In this document: in pieces, positions 1 to 13,721 of the stretch
How positions within the stretch are numbered: position 1 is the first letter of the stretch
How the letters are laid out: each line of letters starts with the position of its first letter
Assembly (NCBI GenBank): GCA_964016885.1
Contig: OZ024741.1
Location: 224,006,001 to 224,070,000 of the forward strand
Direction of reading: 5' to 3'
DNA from: Eledone cirrhosa
Taxonomy: Eukaryota
DNA length: 64,000 bases
The notes under the pieces: generated by a model
What the model was told of the DNA's origin: nothing
Databases searched by the model: none
What the model saw: only the letters and a program-made list of their open reading frames with translations
Made by a program: the position numbers and the translations under genes

Positions 1-3000
1 CTCCACCATTAGAAGTCTCCACCCCTAGAAGTCTCCACCACTAGAAGTCTCCACCACTAGAAGTCTCCACCATTAGAAGTCTCCACCCCTAGAAGTCTCC
101 ACCCCTAGAAGTCTCCAACACTAGAAGTCTCCACCACTAGAAGTCTCCACCATTAGAAGTCTCCACCACTAGAAGTCTCCAACACTAGAAGTCTCCACCA
201 TTAGAAGTCTCCACCATTAGAAGTCTCCACCACTAGAAGTCTCCACCACTAGAAGTCTCCACCCCTAGAAGTCTCCACCCCTAGAAGTCTCCACCCCTAG
301 AAGTCTCCACCATTAGAAGTCTCCACCACTAGAAGTCTCCACCACTAGAAGTCCCCACCATTAGAAGTCTCCACCATTAGAAGTCTCCACCATTAGAAGT
401 CTCCAACACTAGAAGTCTCCACCACTAGAAGTCTCCACCCCTAGAAGTCTCCACCCCTAGAAGTCTCCACCATTAGAAGTCTCCACCCCTAGAAGTCTCC
501 ACCATTAGAAGTCTCCACCCCTAGAAGTCTCCACCATTAGAAGTCTCCACCCCTAGAAGTCTCCACCATTAGAAGTCTCCACCACTAGAAGTCTCCACCA
601 TTAGAAGTCTCCACCCCTAGAAGTCTCCAACACTAGAAGTCTCCACCACTAGATGTCTCCACCATTAGAAGTCTCCACCCCTAGAAGTCTCCACCATTAG
701 AAGTCTCCACCCCTAGAAGTCTCCACCATTAGAAGTCTCCACCACTAGAAGTCTCCAACACTAGAAGTCTCCACCACTAGAAGTCTCCACCATTAGAAGT
801 CTCCACCACTAGAAGTCTCCACCCCTAGAAGTCTCCACCATTAGAAGTCTCCACCACTAGAAGTCTCCAACACTAGAAGTCCCCACCACTAGATGTCTCC
901 ACCCCTAGAAGTCTCCACCACTAGAAGTCTCCACCCCTAGAAGTCTCCACCCCTAGAAGTCTCCACCCCTAGAAGTCTCCACCACTAGAAGTCTCCAACA
1001 CTAGAAGTCTCCACCATTAGAAGTCTCCACCACTAGATGTCTCCACCATTAGAAGTCTCCACCCCTAGAAGTCTCCACCATTAGAAGTCTCCACCATTAG
1101 AAGTCTCCACCATTAGAAGTCTCCACCACTAGAAGTCTCCACCATTAGAAGTCTCCACCACTAGAAGTCTCCAACACTAGAAGTCTCCACCATTAGAAGT
1201 CTCCACCCCTAGAAGTCTCCACCATTAGAAGTCTCCACCACTAGAAGTCTCCACCACTAGAAGTCTCCACCCCTAGAAGTCTCCACCATTAGAAGTCTCC
1301 ACCCCTAGAAGTCTCCACCATTAGAAGTCTCCACCACTAGAAGTCTCCACCACTAGAAGTCTCCACCCCTAGAAGTCTCCACCGCTAGAAGTCTCCACCA
1401 CTAGAAGTCTCCACCATTAGAAGTCTCCACCATTAGAAGTCTCCACCACTAGAAGTCTCCACCATTAGAAGTCTCCACCATTAGAAGTCTCCAACACTAG
1501 AAGTCTCCACCATTAGAAGTCTCCACCACTAGAAGTCTCCACCATTAGAAGTCTCCACCATTAGAAGTCTCCAACACTAGAAGTCTCCACCATTAGAAGT
1601 CTCCACCACTAGAAGTCTCCAACACTAGAAGTCCCCACCACTAGATGTCTCCACCCCTAGAAGTCTCCACCCCTAGAAGTCTCCACCATTAGAAGTCTCC
1701 ACCCCTAGAAGTCTCCACCCCTAGAAGTCTCCAACACTAGAAGTCTCCACCACTAGAAGTCTCCACCCCTAGAAGTCTCCACCATTAGAAGTCTCCACCC
1801 CTAGAAGTCTCCACCATTAGAAGTCTCCACCCCTAGAAGTCTCCACCACTAGAAGTCTCCACCACTAGAAGTCTCCACCCCTAGAAGTCTCCACCCCTAG
1901 AAGTCTCCACCCCTAGAAGTCTCCACCACTAGAAGTCCCCACCATTAGAAGTCTCCACCATTAGAAGTCTCCACCATTAGAAGTCTCCACCCCTAGAAGT
2001 CTCCACCCCTAGAAGTCTCCAACACTAGAAGTCTCCACCATTAGAAGTCTCCACCCCTAGAAGTCTCCACCCCTAGAAGTCTCCACCACCAGAAATCTCC
2101 ACCACTAGAAGTAAGTCCCCACCCCTAGAAGTCTCCACCACTAGAAGTCTCCACCATTAGAAGTCTCCACCACTAGAAGTCTCCACCACTAGAAGTCTCC
2201 ACCCCTAGAAGTCTCCACCATTAGAAGTCTCCACCACTAGAAGTCTCCACCCCTAGAAGTCTCCACCCCTAGAAGTCTCCACCACTAGAAGTCTCCACCC
2301 CTAGAAGTCTCCACCACTAGAAGTCTCCACCCCTAGAAGTCTCCACCCCTAGAAGTCTCCACCATTAGAAGTCTCCACCACTAGAAGTCTCCACCCCTAG
2401 AAGTCTCCACCATTAGAAGTCTCCACCACTAGAAGTCTCCACCCCTAGAAGTCTCCACCCCTAGAAGTCTCCACCACTAGAAGTCTCCACCCCTAGAAGT
2501 CTCCACCACTAGAAGTCTCCACCCCTAGAAGTCTCCACCCCTAGAAGTCTCCACCATTAGAAGTCTCCACCACTAGAAGTCTCCACCCCTAGAAGTCTCC
2601 ACCCCTAGAAGTCTCCACCACTAGAAGTCTCCACCCCTAGAAGTCTCCACCACTAGAAGTCTCCACCCCTAGAAGTCTCCACCATTAGAAGTCTCCAACA
2701 CTAGAAGTCTCCACCCCTAGAAGTCTCCACCCCTAGAAGTCTCCACCCCTAGAAGTCTCCAACACTAGAAGTCTCCACCCCTAGAAGTCTCCACCCCTAG
2801 AAGTCTCCACCATTAGAAGTCTCCAACACTAGAAGTCTCCACCCCTAGAAGTCTCCACCCCTAGAAGTCTCCACCCCTAGAAGTCTTCACCACTAGAAGT
2901 CTCCACCCCTAGAAGTCTCCACCATTAGAAGTCTCCACCCCTAGAAGTCTCCACCCCTAGAAGTCTCCACCACTAGAAGTCTCCACCACTAGAAGTCTCC

Positions 3001-5271
3001 ACCCCTAGAAGTCCCCACCATTAGAAGTCTCCACCCCTAGAAGTCTTCACCACTAGAAGTCTCCACCATTAGAAGTCTCCACCCCTAGAAGTCTCCACCC
3101 CTAGAAGTCTCCACCCTTAGAAGTCTCCACCATTAGAAGTCTCCACCCCTAGAAGTCCCCACCATTAGAAGTCTCCACCCCTAGAAGTCTCCACCACTAG
3201 AAGTCTCCACCATTAGAAGTCTCCAACACTAGAAGTCTCCACCCCTAGAAGTCTCCACCACTAGAAGTCTCCACCCCTAGAAGTCTCCACCATTAGAAGT
3301 CTCCAACACTAGAAGTCTCCAACACTAGAAGTCTCCACCCCTAGAAGTCTCCACCACTAGAAGTCTCCACCCCTAGAAGTCTCCACCATTAGAAGTCTCC
3401 AACACTAGAAGTCTCCACCCCTAGAAGTCTCCACCCCTAGAAGTCTCCACCATTAGAAGTCTCCACCCCTAGAAGTCTCCACCCCTAGAAGTATCCACCA
3501 CTAGAAGTCTCCAACACTAGAAGTCTCCACCCCTAGAAGTCTCCACCCCTAGAAGTCTCCACCATTAGAAGTCTCCACCCCTAGAAGTCTCCACCCCTAG
3601 AAGTCTCCACCATTAGAAGTCTCCACCCCTAGAAGTCTCTACCCCTAGAAGTCTCCACCATTAGAAGTCTCCAACACTAGAAGTCTCCACCCCTAGAAGT
3701 CTCCACCCCTAGAAGTCTCCACCATTAGAAGTCTCCACCCCTAGAAGTCTCCACCCCTAGAAGTCTCCACCACTAGAAGTCTCCACCCCTAGAAGTCTCC
3801 ACCCCTAGAAGTCTCGACCACTAGAAGTCTCCACCCCTAGAAGTCTCCACCCCTAGAAGTCTCCACCATTAGAAGTCTCCACCCCTAGAAGTCTCCACCC
3901 CTAGAAGTCTCCACCACTAGAAGTCTCCACCCCTAGAAGTCCCCACCATTAGAAGTCTCCACCACTAGAAGTCTCCACCACTAGAAGTCTCCACCCCTAG
4001 AAGTCTCCACCCCTAGAAGTCTCCACCCCTAGAAGTCTCCACCATTAGAAGTCTCCACCCCTAGAAGTCTCCACCCCTAGAAGTATCCACCACTAGAAGT
4101 CTCCAACACTAGAAGTCTCCACCCCTAGAAGTCTCCACCCCTAGAAGTCTCCACCATTAGAAGTCTCCACCCCTAGAAGTCTCCACCCCTAGAAGTCTCC
4201 ACCATTAGAAGTCTCCACCCCTAGAAGTCTCTACCCCTAGAAGTCTCCACCATTAGAAGTCTCCAACACTAGAAGTCTCCACCCCTAGAAGTCTCCACCC
4301 CTAGAAGTCTCCACCATTAGAAGTCTCCACCCCTAGAAGTCTCCACCCCTAGAAGTCTCCACCACTAGAAGTCTCCACCCCTAGAAGTCTCCACCCCTAG
4401 AAGTCTCGACCACTAGAAGTCTCCACCCCTAGAAGTCTCCACCCCTAGAAGTCTCCACCATTAGAAGTCTCCACCCCTAGAAGTCTCCACCCCTAGAAGT
4501 CTCCACCACTAGAAGTCTCCACCCCTAGAAGTCTCCACCACTAGAAGTCTCCAACACTAGAAGTCTCCACCATTAGAAGTCTCCACCCCTAGAAGTCTCC
4601 ACCATTAGAAGTCTCCACCCCTAGAAGTCTCCACCCCTAGAAGTCTCCACCCCTAGAAGTCTCCACCACTAGAAGTCTCCACCCCTAGAAGTCTCCACCC
4701 CTAGAAGTCTCCACCACTAGAAGTCTCCACCATTAGAAGTCTCCACCACTAGAAGTCTCCACCCCTAGAAGTCTCCACCCCTAGAAGTCTCCACCCCTAG
4801 AAGTCTCCACCATTAGAAGTCTCCACCCCTAGAAGTCTCCACCACTAGAAGTCTCCACCCCTAGAAGTCTCCACCATTAGAAGTCTCCACCCCTAGAAGT
4901 CTCCACCACTAGAAGTCTCCACCCCTAGAAGTCTCCACCCCTAGAAGTCTCCACCATTAGAAGTCTCCACCTCTAGAAGTCTCCACCCCCAGAAGTCTCC
5001 ACCACTAGATGTCTCCACCCCTAGAAGTCTCCACCCCTAGAAGTCTCCACCCCTAGAAGTCTCCACCACTAGATGTCTCCACCCCTAGAAGTCTCCACCC
5101 CTAGAAGTCTCCACCACTAGATGTCTCCACCCCTAGAAGTCTCCACCCCTAGAAGTCTCCACCACTAGATGTCTCCACCCCTAGAAGTCTCCACCCCTAG
5201 AAGTCTCCACCCCTAGAAGTCTCCACCCCTAGAAGTCTCCACCACTAGATGTCTCCACCCCTAGAAGTCTC
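1..5271. repeat. 16-bp tandem satellite CTCCA(C/A)C(A/C)(C/T)TAGAAGT, about 329 units, running off the window start
   Basis: Units start at 1, 17, 33 and so on. Variant cores CCATTAG, CCCCTAG, CCACTAG and ACACTAG are interspersed. Confidence 0.98.
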
Positions 5272-5386
5272 AATGACAAACCTATTGGAAAGCGGCTTAT
5301 ACTTCAGCTTGCGGTCAAGCAACGAAACCTGTGTCTGTTGCCGCTGGAGAAACTATCGCTGGACGTTGCGTCTTAACTGTATCACC

Positions 5387-5417
<31 letters not shown>

Positions 5418-5829
5418 CACGGCCATCATATTATAACCATACAATACAACTAGACTACATTGTTACAACACAGCCTTCCTCCACACATGATAGCACGACT
5501 TCACTAAAATATTCTGAGAGACTACACTATCTCTACGGCAGGGTCATACTATTCATAAGACTGACTGTGTTGAAGACTTGGGGTTTGCAAAGGCTTAGGG
5601 CCCGTGAATTCATCTATTTATTTATTTTGTTATAGTGGGGTGTAAGATTGAAGTATGCGAGGGGCTCCGAAATACCTGAAAGACTAGGGCCCCGGCCAAG
5701 GATTAATACAATCTTGAACCACGAACCCCTACATAGTCACTTGATCAGCAATAAATAACCGAATCTCTTCCAAGTGACACCCCCACCCACTGTCTTAGAG
5801 AGTTGTCCAGCGTTCCCTGTACATAGGAA

Positions 5830-5906
5830 ACAGTCGAAATGGTTATGGCTAGAATGTCTTTGATCACAGGTCCACTCAATCAGGGCTGACTTGGGGTTAA
5901 ATAACA
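5830..5906 (-). repeat. Fragment of a second dispersed repeat family (GTTGTTTAGCCC...AGACCTATGATCAAAGACATTCCAGCCATGACC)
   Basis: Related to 55905-55980 (+), 58670-58735 (-), 39885-39945 (-), 40055-40105 (-) and the degenerate tandem copies at 29612-30040. Confidence 0.65.
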
Positions 5907-5988
5907 CACGTGCACATATCTTATAGAACGAGTAAGATTCCTTTATAGTTGAATTTTGTAGAACATGTACCTCCGCTCCCAGTATATA

Positions 5989-6160
5989 TTCAGGTAAAAT
6001 TTCGTTAGAACGAATACCATTATAACATATTTTTCAGTATAACGAAATTTTTTTCAATCCCCGGCCACACGCTCGATGTGTTTCGGTCGATCTCGTTATA
6101 AATAATTTTTCGTTACAACGAATCTTTTTTTTTATATCCCGTGAATTTCGTTATAACGGA

Positions 6161-6165
<5 letters not shown>
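5989..6165. mobile_element. Degenerate Tigger/pogo-like MITE
   Basis: Repeated TTCGTTA(T/G)AACGA subterminal motifs at both ends; abuts (TA)n. Confidence 0.45.
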
Positions 6166-6228
<63 letters not shown>

Positions 6229-6494
6229 GGAAAAGAATGAAACGAAATTTCATTTCCCACTCTTAGTACGGCTGATACCTAAATATAAGTATGTATACAT
6301 GTATACGTACATACATATATGTGTACAGACGTACAGTAGTATGTATATATATACATACATGCACACATATATATATATGTACGTATGGGTTTACCGAACA
6401 TTTATTATAATGTTCGGTTTGTTTGTAAACAAACAGCCCGAATTACGCCGTACAGTGCTTGGCAACCACCTAGTGTTCAACACTGACACAGTAA

Positions 6495-6535
6495 CGATGT
6501 ACTAGTTTCAAGCTTATTAGCTATCGTCAGCATCG
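6495..6535 (-). ncRNA. Minimal type I hammerhead ribozyme
   Basis: Minus strand reads cgaug CUGACGA u-agcu-aaua-agcu-u GAAA cuag UA caucg. Stem I is CGAUG/CAUCG, stem III is the palindrome ACUAGU, and the triplet is GUA. Confidence 0.85.
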
Positions 6536-6728
6536 TATACCTTTCTGTCAGATGATTGAACGTTTGAAAGTATATACTTTCCTTATGCATATTAACGGCT
6601 GAGCAGCCTAATTTGCATATCGAGTGAGTTAGTCGGCCGGGCGCACCGAAAACGATAAATGGAAAAGAATGAAACAAAATTTCATTCCTCACTCTTTCAA
6701 ACGTTCAATCATCTGACAGAAAGGTATA

Positions 6729-6761
6729 CGATGCTGACGATAGCTTGAAACTAGTACATCG
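6729..6761 (+). ncRNA. Hammerhead copy with collapsed stem II
   Basis: cgaug CUGACGA uagcuu GAAA cuag UA caucg; 8 nt deleted between AGCT direct repeats relative to the 6495 copy. Confidence 0.75.
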
Positions 6762-6764
6762 TTC

Positions 6765-6911
6765 CTGGACTAGTCCAGAAATAGCCGTCGAAACGGCTTG
6801 AGCTCTGCCGTCGGGGTCATACTTTTTCCTATTTCCCACTCTACTACCCTAAGTATTGAGTACTCTGGAGCGTTATGATCCATCTGGTTCCTTACCACAA
6901 TTCCTTTGTTA
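6765..6911 (+). mobile_element. Short hairpin-capped PLE-type element (family D, copy 1)
   Basis: Palindrome CTGGACTAGTCCAG, then GTCGAAACGGC...GCCGTCGGGG; ends in (CA)n. Homologous to 10834-11026 and 38517-38686. Confidence 0.75.
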
Positions 6912-6946
6912 CACACACACACACACACACACGCACACACACACAC

Positions 6947-7015
<69 letters not shown>

Positions 7016-7030
7016 CACACGCGCGCGTGC
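6911..7030. repeat. (CA)n/(CACG)n microsatellite
   Basis: Direct reading. Confidence 0.95.
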
Positions 7031-7117
7031 AAAGTGAGGAAGTAGTTCAAGTAACGAATCTGAAAGTTATTTTGAAGATGGCGGAGGTAGCGAATACGAA
7101 GACTTACACGCATTCAC

Positions 7118-7132
7118 ATGGCTACCTTTGAG
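7118..7132 (+). CDS. Candidate first coding mini-exon (MATFE) of an unidentified host gene
   Basis: cacATGGCTACCTTTGAG|GTAAGA consensus donor; AAGATGGCGG (YY1-type) motif about 40 bp upstream; unique sequence. Confidence 0.3.
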
Positions 7133-7471
7133 GTAAGAGAGTGTGACAAAATAAAAAACAACAAAAACAAAATAAAACAAAAATAGAACAGCGCTCAAGA
7201 TAAATTGAGTCAAGTTCACCAGACACATTAATCAATGATGGTGAAAATACAAACAAAAAAATAAAATAATTTTTTTTAAATAAGAAAGAGCAGGGGGAGG
7301 ACTGCTGAAATACAGAATAATGCATAAAAACAAAATAAATGATATATATCAGAAAAATGTACAAGAAAACGATATGAAAATTATATTTATCCTTTATATG
7401 TTATTGTATCATATTTAGATTTTTGATTTAAAAAATATATAAAAATATAGAGAAAATGTGAAGAACATATA

Positions 7472-8811
<1,340 letters not shown>

Positions 8812-8812
<1 letters not shown>

Positions 8813-8895
8813 ATTGAAAGGATAACAAGGATAATTGGTTACTCCTTCATTACATTTATTGGTAGGTGACGCGCGTTTCGCCACTGATCAGCTCA
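8812..8895 (-). mobile_element. PLE 3'-end remnant with the 3' part of a hammerhead
   Basis: Minus strand reads UGA-gcu-gaucagu-ggc-GAAACGCGCGUC followed by AATAAA; the upstream CUGA is lost. Confidence 0.55.
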
Positions 8896-9062
8896 AGGTT
8901 CGATCTGTATCGACCCTACCCGACTCAATAATCGGCGGCTCGACGGACCCTTTAAAATGCTATAAGAAAATGAAATACATGCTATGTGGTAAAGACAGAA
9001 GTTCAGGAGTTTCACAAAATGAGTTGTTTTGATTGGTGGGAAGGATCAAAGGGATGTATTCA

Positions 9063-9585
9063 CCTGTAGTGTATGTGGGGGTGGATGTGATGATAAGATG
9101 TTGGTGACGGTCGGTGGATGTGATGGGCTGTGGTGTGGTGGTGGCGGGTTGGCCTTGGCCTGTAGTGTATGTGGGGGTGGATGTGATGGGCTGTGGTGTG
9201 GTGGTGGCGGGTTGGCCTTGGCCTGTAGTGTATGTGGGGGTGGATGTGATGATAAGATGGTGGTGACGGTCGCTGGCTGGGATGGGCTGTGGTGTGGTGG
9301 TGACGGATTGGCCTTGGCCTGTAGTGTATGTGGGGGTGGATGTGATGATAAGATGTTGGTGACGGTCGCTTACTGGGATGGGCTGTGGTGTGGTGGTGGC
9401 GGATTGGCCTTGGCCTGTAGTGTATGTGGGGGTGGATGTGATGATAAGATGGTGGTGACGGTCGCTGGCTGGGATGGGCTGTGGTGTGGTGGTGGCGGAT
9501 TGGCCTTGGCCTGTAGTGTATGTGGGGGTGGGTGTGATGATAAGATGTTGGTGACGGTCGCTTACTGGGATGGGCTGTGGTGTGA
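9063..9585. repeat. 96-bp GT-rich minisatellite, about 5.5 units, one unit shortened to 63 bp
   Basis: TGTAGTGTATG recurs at 9065, 9161, 9224, 9320, 9416 and 9512. Confidence 0.92.
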
Positions 9586-9995
9586 GGTTAGTGGGTTGTC
9601 GGTAGACGGGTTGGCGTGTGTGGGGTGTGGTTGTGGTGTTTTTGTTTATGGTAGTGGCGTTTGTGGTGGTGTGGTGGATGTGTTGGTGGTGTCGAGTCCT
9701 TGGGGAGATACATACCTAGACACTCTTAGTCTGACAAATACGTTGTATACATATACATATATGTGTATACATGCGCATATATACTGATATATATATACAC
9801 ACACGTACACACCTACATACACACACACACCCGCGCCCACACATATCCGCACACACATATATATCCACATGCATATATACACACATGTATGTGCATGCGG
9901 GCGTGTGGCTATATATAGGGAGAGTGAGGGAGTATCGGTGGGGGTGGCGTAGGACAAAGATGGAGGGAAGGTGAGAGCCAATGGAGATGGTGTTA

Positions 9996-10456
9996 TACAT
10001 GGTGGCTGCCAACTCGTTTTCGAGTACGGCCACTACTTTATATCCATGTAGGAGGACCCCTACCGATGGGCTGAACAAGTGTGACTTTTTAGTCCACCCA
10101 GGGACTTGAAAACTCTGGCACAAACACTACACTTGTGACAATTATTGACACATAGTGCTGGGCCCATGGTACCATGTGACGACAAGTGCAGAGAGATCTC
10201 CAGATACAAAGCAATGCCTGTGCCGTGAAGCTTTTATAGTGAGCAAAGGCACTGCACAAAGCCAGTCCCACTCTCTTAACCAAGATGATATTTACCAAAA
10301 AGAAGAACAAGTCAACATCATTGGATACCATCAGGATTGCAGGTGTTATATCAGAGTTTTCCTTCTCCTAGAATTCTGCCTTGACAAAGGCTAAGGGGTC
10401 ATCTCTCCCGGTGATTTTGGATGGCCATTGACCCTTAAGAGCTCATTTGCCCTTTG
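9996..10456 (-). mobile_element. 5'-truncated copy of a ~600-bp non-coding retroposon
   Basis: Near-identical reverse complement of 26895-27353. Confidence 0.8.
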
Positions 10457-10499
10457 CCCTTTGGTGTTATACATACAGACATACCTACACACAACTCCC

Positions 10500-10620
10500 C
10501 AGTGACAGAAACCACTGCAAGTTATGCCTGGCTGAGGCGGCGGAAATAATTAAATTAAAATCTGTCATAAACTATAGGTCGGACATAATTGTCAATTGCA
10601 GACACACCAGGCTGAACACT
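10500..10620 (+). pseudogene. C-terminal fragment of a PLE GIY-YIG endonuclease
   Basis: HCKLCLAEAAEIIKLKSVINYRSDIIVNCRH aligns by eye to YDLCAAKALEIL...LNKKSEAISACKH of ORF 12135-12878. Confidence 0.7.
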
Positions 10621-10768
10621 TTTTCCGCACAAACATTCGGGGGAGGGCCGCGCACTAACCATGACCCAGCATAATAATAACCACCTCGGGCTGCACAGCC
10701 CCACTTTCCGCCATGGCGATTGGACTACATGCCCTGCTTTCCAGGTTACCCATCGCCACTGATATATA

Positions 10769-11152
<384 letters not shown>

Positions 11153-11287
11153 TAATTCCGTTGGAAAGGTCCAGGAAAAAAGAGTGCTCTATGTAGGTTA
11201 CAGAGCTATATATATATATAACATACATACATACATACATGCATACATACATACATACATACATACATACATACATACATACATACA

Positions 11288-11318
<31 letters not shown>

Positions 11319-11329
11319 GTATGTATGTG

Positions 11330-11380
<51 letters not shown>

Positions 11381-11558
11381 AAATAAAGATCCGAAGGCAT
11401 GGTATAAATTTCCAATCATTTTAATCACGACACATGTTTCAATAAGAGATAGATCGATCGTGCGGCCATGATCGATTATCACTGATCTCGTCAAGTGAAA
11501 ATGAATTGTCTTCAAATCCTTGATATGGGGGAGAAAATTTAACGATGTTCACTCACAG

Positions 11559-11615
11559 AGTTTTGTCCCCCATATGCGTGGAGAAGTTAATTTGCTAACA
11601 AAAGTTTATTGGACC
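11559..11615 (+). CDS. Candidate 57-nt internal exon (SFVPHMRGEVNLLTKVYWT)
   Basis: TTTAAC branch-like site, TTCACTCACAG| acceptor and |GTATGA donor; open in phase 0, compatible with the 7118-7132 exon. Confidence 0.2.
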
Positions 11616-11659
11616 GTATGACACAACCAATAATACACCTTACTATATAACAACTATAC

Positions 11660-11701
<42 letters not shown>

Positions 11702-11944
11702 TGTTATACTTTGGGAGGGTCATGTTGCCAATAAGAAACACACGCACCAGTTGCTTTCACTTCAATTTATTATAATAAATTTATAATAAATTTATAAATT
11801 TCTGGTTGGTTGGTTGGTTCCACAACCAGATAGTTGTTTATATATAGTCATAGTTCTTTCGTCACACACTCTGTGACCTCTTCAGTGACTGGGGATTCCT
11901 TTCTTTGTTTCTGTGCCTCTCCTTTGTTCTGTCCTACGCCAACA
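11702..11944 (-). mobile_element. Probable solo LTR
   Basis: TG...CA ends with ATAT on both sides. TATA-like box and AATAAA lie on the minus strand. Homologous segments occur at 30130-30285 and, more distantly, 16471-16739. Confidence 0.55.
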
Positions 11945-12134
11945 ATATCGGTTTCAACACACGATTTCAGATAAAGAATCTTGCTAAACAAATCCAGAAA
12001 CGAAATATATATATATATATATATATATAACAGATTAAAGTTTAAGCAAAGAATCGCTGCTTTCACCCTTAACGGGATCTTCTGAAACTAATAAAGTCAA
12101 TCTGTGAACGCAGAAGTGAATATTTCAAAAACCG

Positions 12135-12878
12135 TTGCAATCGGATAAGGTAGCATATACAGAGTACGAGAATAGACCTAGAAGAAATAGATCCCGACGC
12201 ATTATATGGTATAACCCACCATATAATATGGAGGTGGTCACACCATTAGCTAAGATCTTTCTCTCCCTTATTATGAAGCATTTTTCCCCTACACATAAAT
12301 ATAGTAAAATTTTTAATAGAAATACTATTAAATTTTTTTACTCTACGACTCCTAACCTTGCACATAACATCACAGCTTCAAATTTAGCTAAATTAACTAG
12401 CCGTAGGAACACGTGCAACCCTGTAGTTAGTACTAACTGTAATTGTAGGAATCGGGTTGACTGCCCCCTATCCGGGAAATGCCTCTCTAGTAACATTGTC
12501 TACAAATGTAAGGTTGAAACACCCACGTCCCGTAGGGCCTACATAGGGTTAACCGCCAATAGATTCAAGCAGCGTCTTTACATGCATACCCATTCTTTTC
12601 GTTACCCTTTAAGAAGGAATATGACGTCACTTTCAGCTTATATCTGGAGTCTAAAAGACAACCACACCCAATATAAGTTACACTGGGAGATCCTAGCTAG
12701 GGCTAGATCGTATAACGGAAATAAAAGACCATATGACCTCTGCGCCGCCAAGGCCCTGGAAATACTCTACGCCAAAGACCACATCTTAAACAAAAAATCT
12801 GAGGCAATTTCAGCTTGTAAACATAAATTGCACAACACTTTCCTGTATTACAGCCCCACATTATACCCTAACGGATAG
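12135..12878 (+). pseudogene. Linker plus GIY-YIG endonuclease of a PLE; reverse transcriptase missing
   Basis: Motifs WYNPP, CNCRNRVDC (CxCx5C), NIVY...AYIGLT..FKQR..H, WEIL, LNKKSE and CKH. The expected catalytic Glu reads K (LCAAK versus LCLAE at 10.5 kb). Confidence 0.9.
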
Positions 12879-13670
12879 TACGAACTATACGCAGATATTT
12901 TACGTCTTGATGTGGTAGCTAAGTATATGTTATGTTTATACCATTACTTATTTGTATAGGTAAGTATATATTACCTGTGTTTTGTGAAGGTACGTATACT
13001 TTCTCGTACGTATATTTGATTGGATATGTTATGGCGTATATATTCTATATTCTGGTACATATGCTTTTGGTTATGCGTATACGTGAGTTTTGCGTTTGTG
13101 TGAGTATGCGGGTTCGTACGTATGTAGGATGTGTGTATATGTGTACTTTGTATTTTGGTTGACGTACGTCTCCGAACATATGTGTATTTACATGTAGGTA
13201 TGTGTGTGTGCTTGTTATATACGGATTTATTTATTTATATACGTTTATTTAATTATATGTATACACGCACACACACATATATATATATATATTTTTATAT
13301 ATATTTTTATGTGTACTTGGTGTATACATTCGTATGCGTGCGGGTACAGGCGTTGCGTGGGTTCTGTAAGTGCGTGCGGGTTTGTTTTTTTTTGTTTTGT
13401 TTTTTGTACGTGCGTGTATTTGTATACCTATGGCGAGTGTTTTCGCGTATGCTTGTGTATGTACGTTTATGGATGCGTGTATGTATTTATTTAATTTCAA
13501 TTACCTCTGTATTTTATTTACTTTATTCTTAATAATGACGTATTATATTCGTTTTTTTCCCGTTCTTTGCCAGGGAACATTTCCACGAACCAAAGTATCG
13601 TCTTCCTGTCTTCCTCCGGTTGCAACGTTTTTTGAAATATTCACTTCTGCGTTCACAGATTGAATTTGTT

Positions 13671-13721
13671 AGTTTCAGAAGATCCCGTTAAGGGTGAAAG
13701 CAGCGATTCTTTGCTTAAACT
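13671..13721 (+). ncRNA. Type I hammerhead-like motif with variant core CAGAAGA (mirror copy at about 12039-12089, minus strand)
   Basis: aguuu CAGAAGA u-ccc-guuaa-ggg-u GAAA gca-9nt-ugc UU aaacu; stem I is extended by CAGAUUGA/UUAAUCUG. Confidence 0.7.

Larger units (their letters stand above)
6226..6763 (-). mobile_element. Non-coding PLE-derived element with a partial direct repeat and an inverted repeat, carrying two hammerheads
   Basis: Direct repeat 6228-6263 / 6661-6696. Inverted repeat 6493-6570 / 6694-6763. Begins at a (TA)n tract. Confidence 0.7.

Noticed and set aside
1-5271. CRISPR array or telomeric repeat
   Set aside because: Only 2-3 positions vary per unit and there is no TTAGGG; it is an ordinary satellite.
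6549-6582. Plus-strand hammerhead CAGATGA...GAAAGTATATACT
   Set aside because: Stem I does not pair; the real motif lies on the opposite strand just upstream.
8951-9045. Possible PLE RT fragment (FVKLLNFCL, minus strand)
   Set aside because: Too short to call without a database search.
9029-9787. Cys/Gly-rich metallothionein- or keratin-like ORF
   Set aside because: It is a product of a 96-bp GT-rich minisatellite with a non-ATG start and no splice support.
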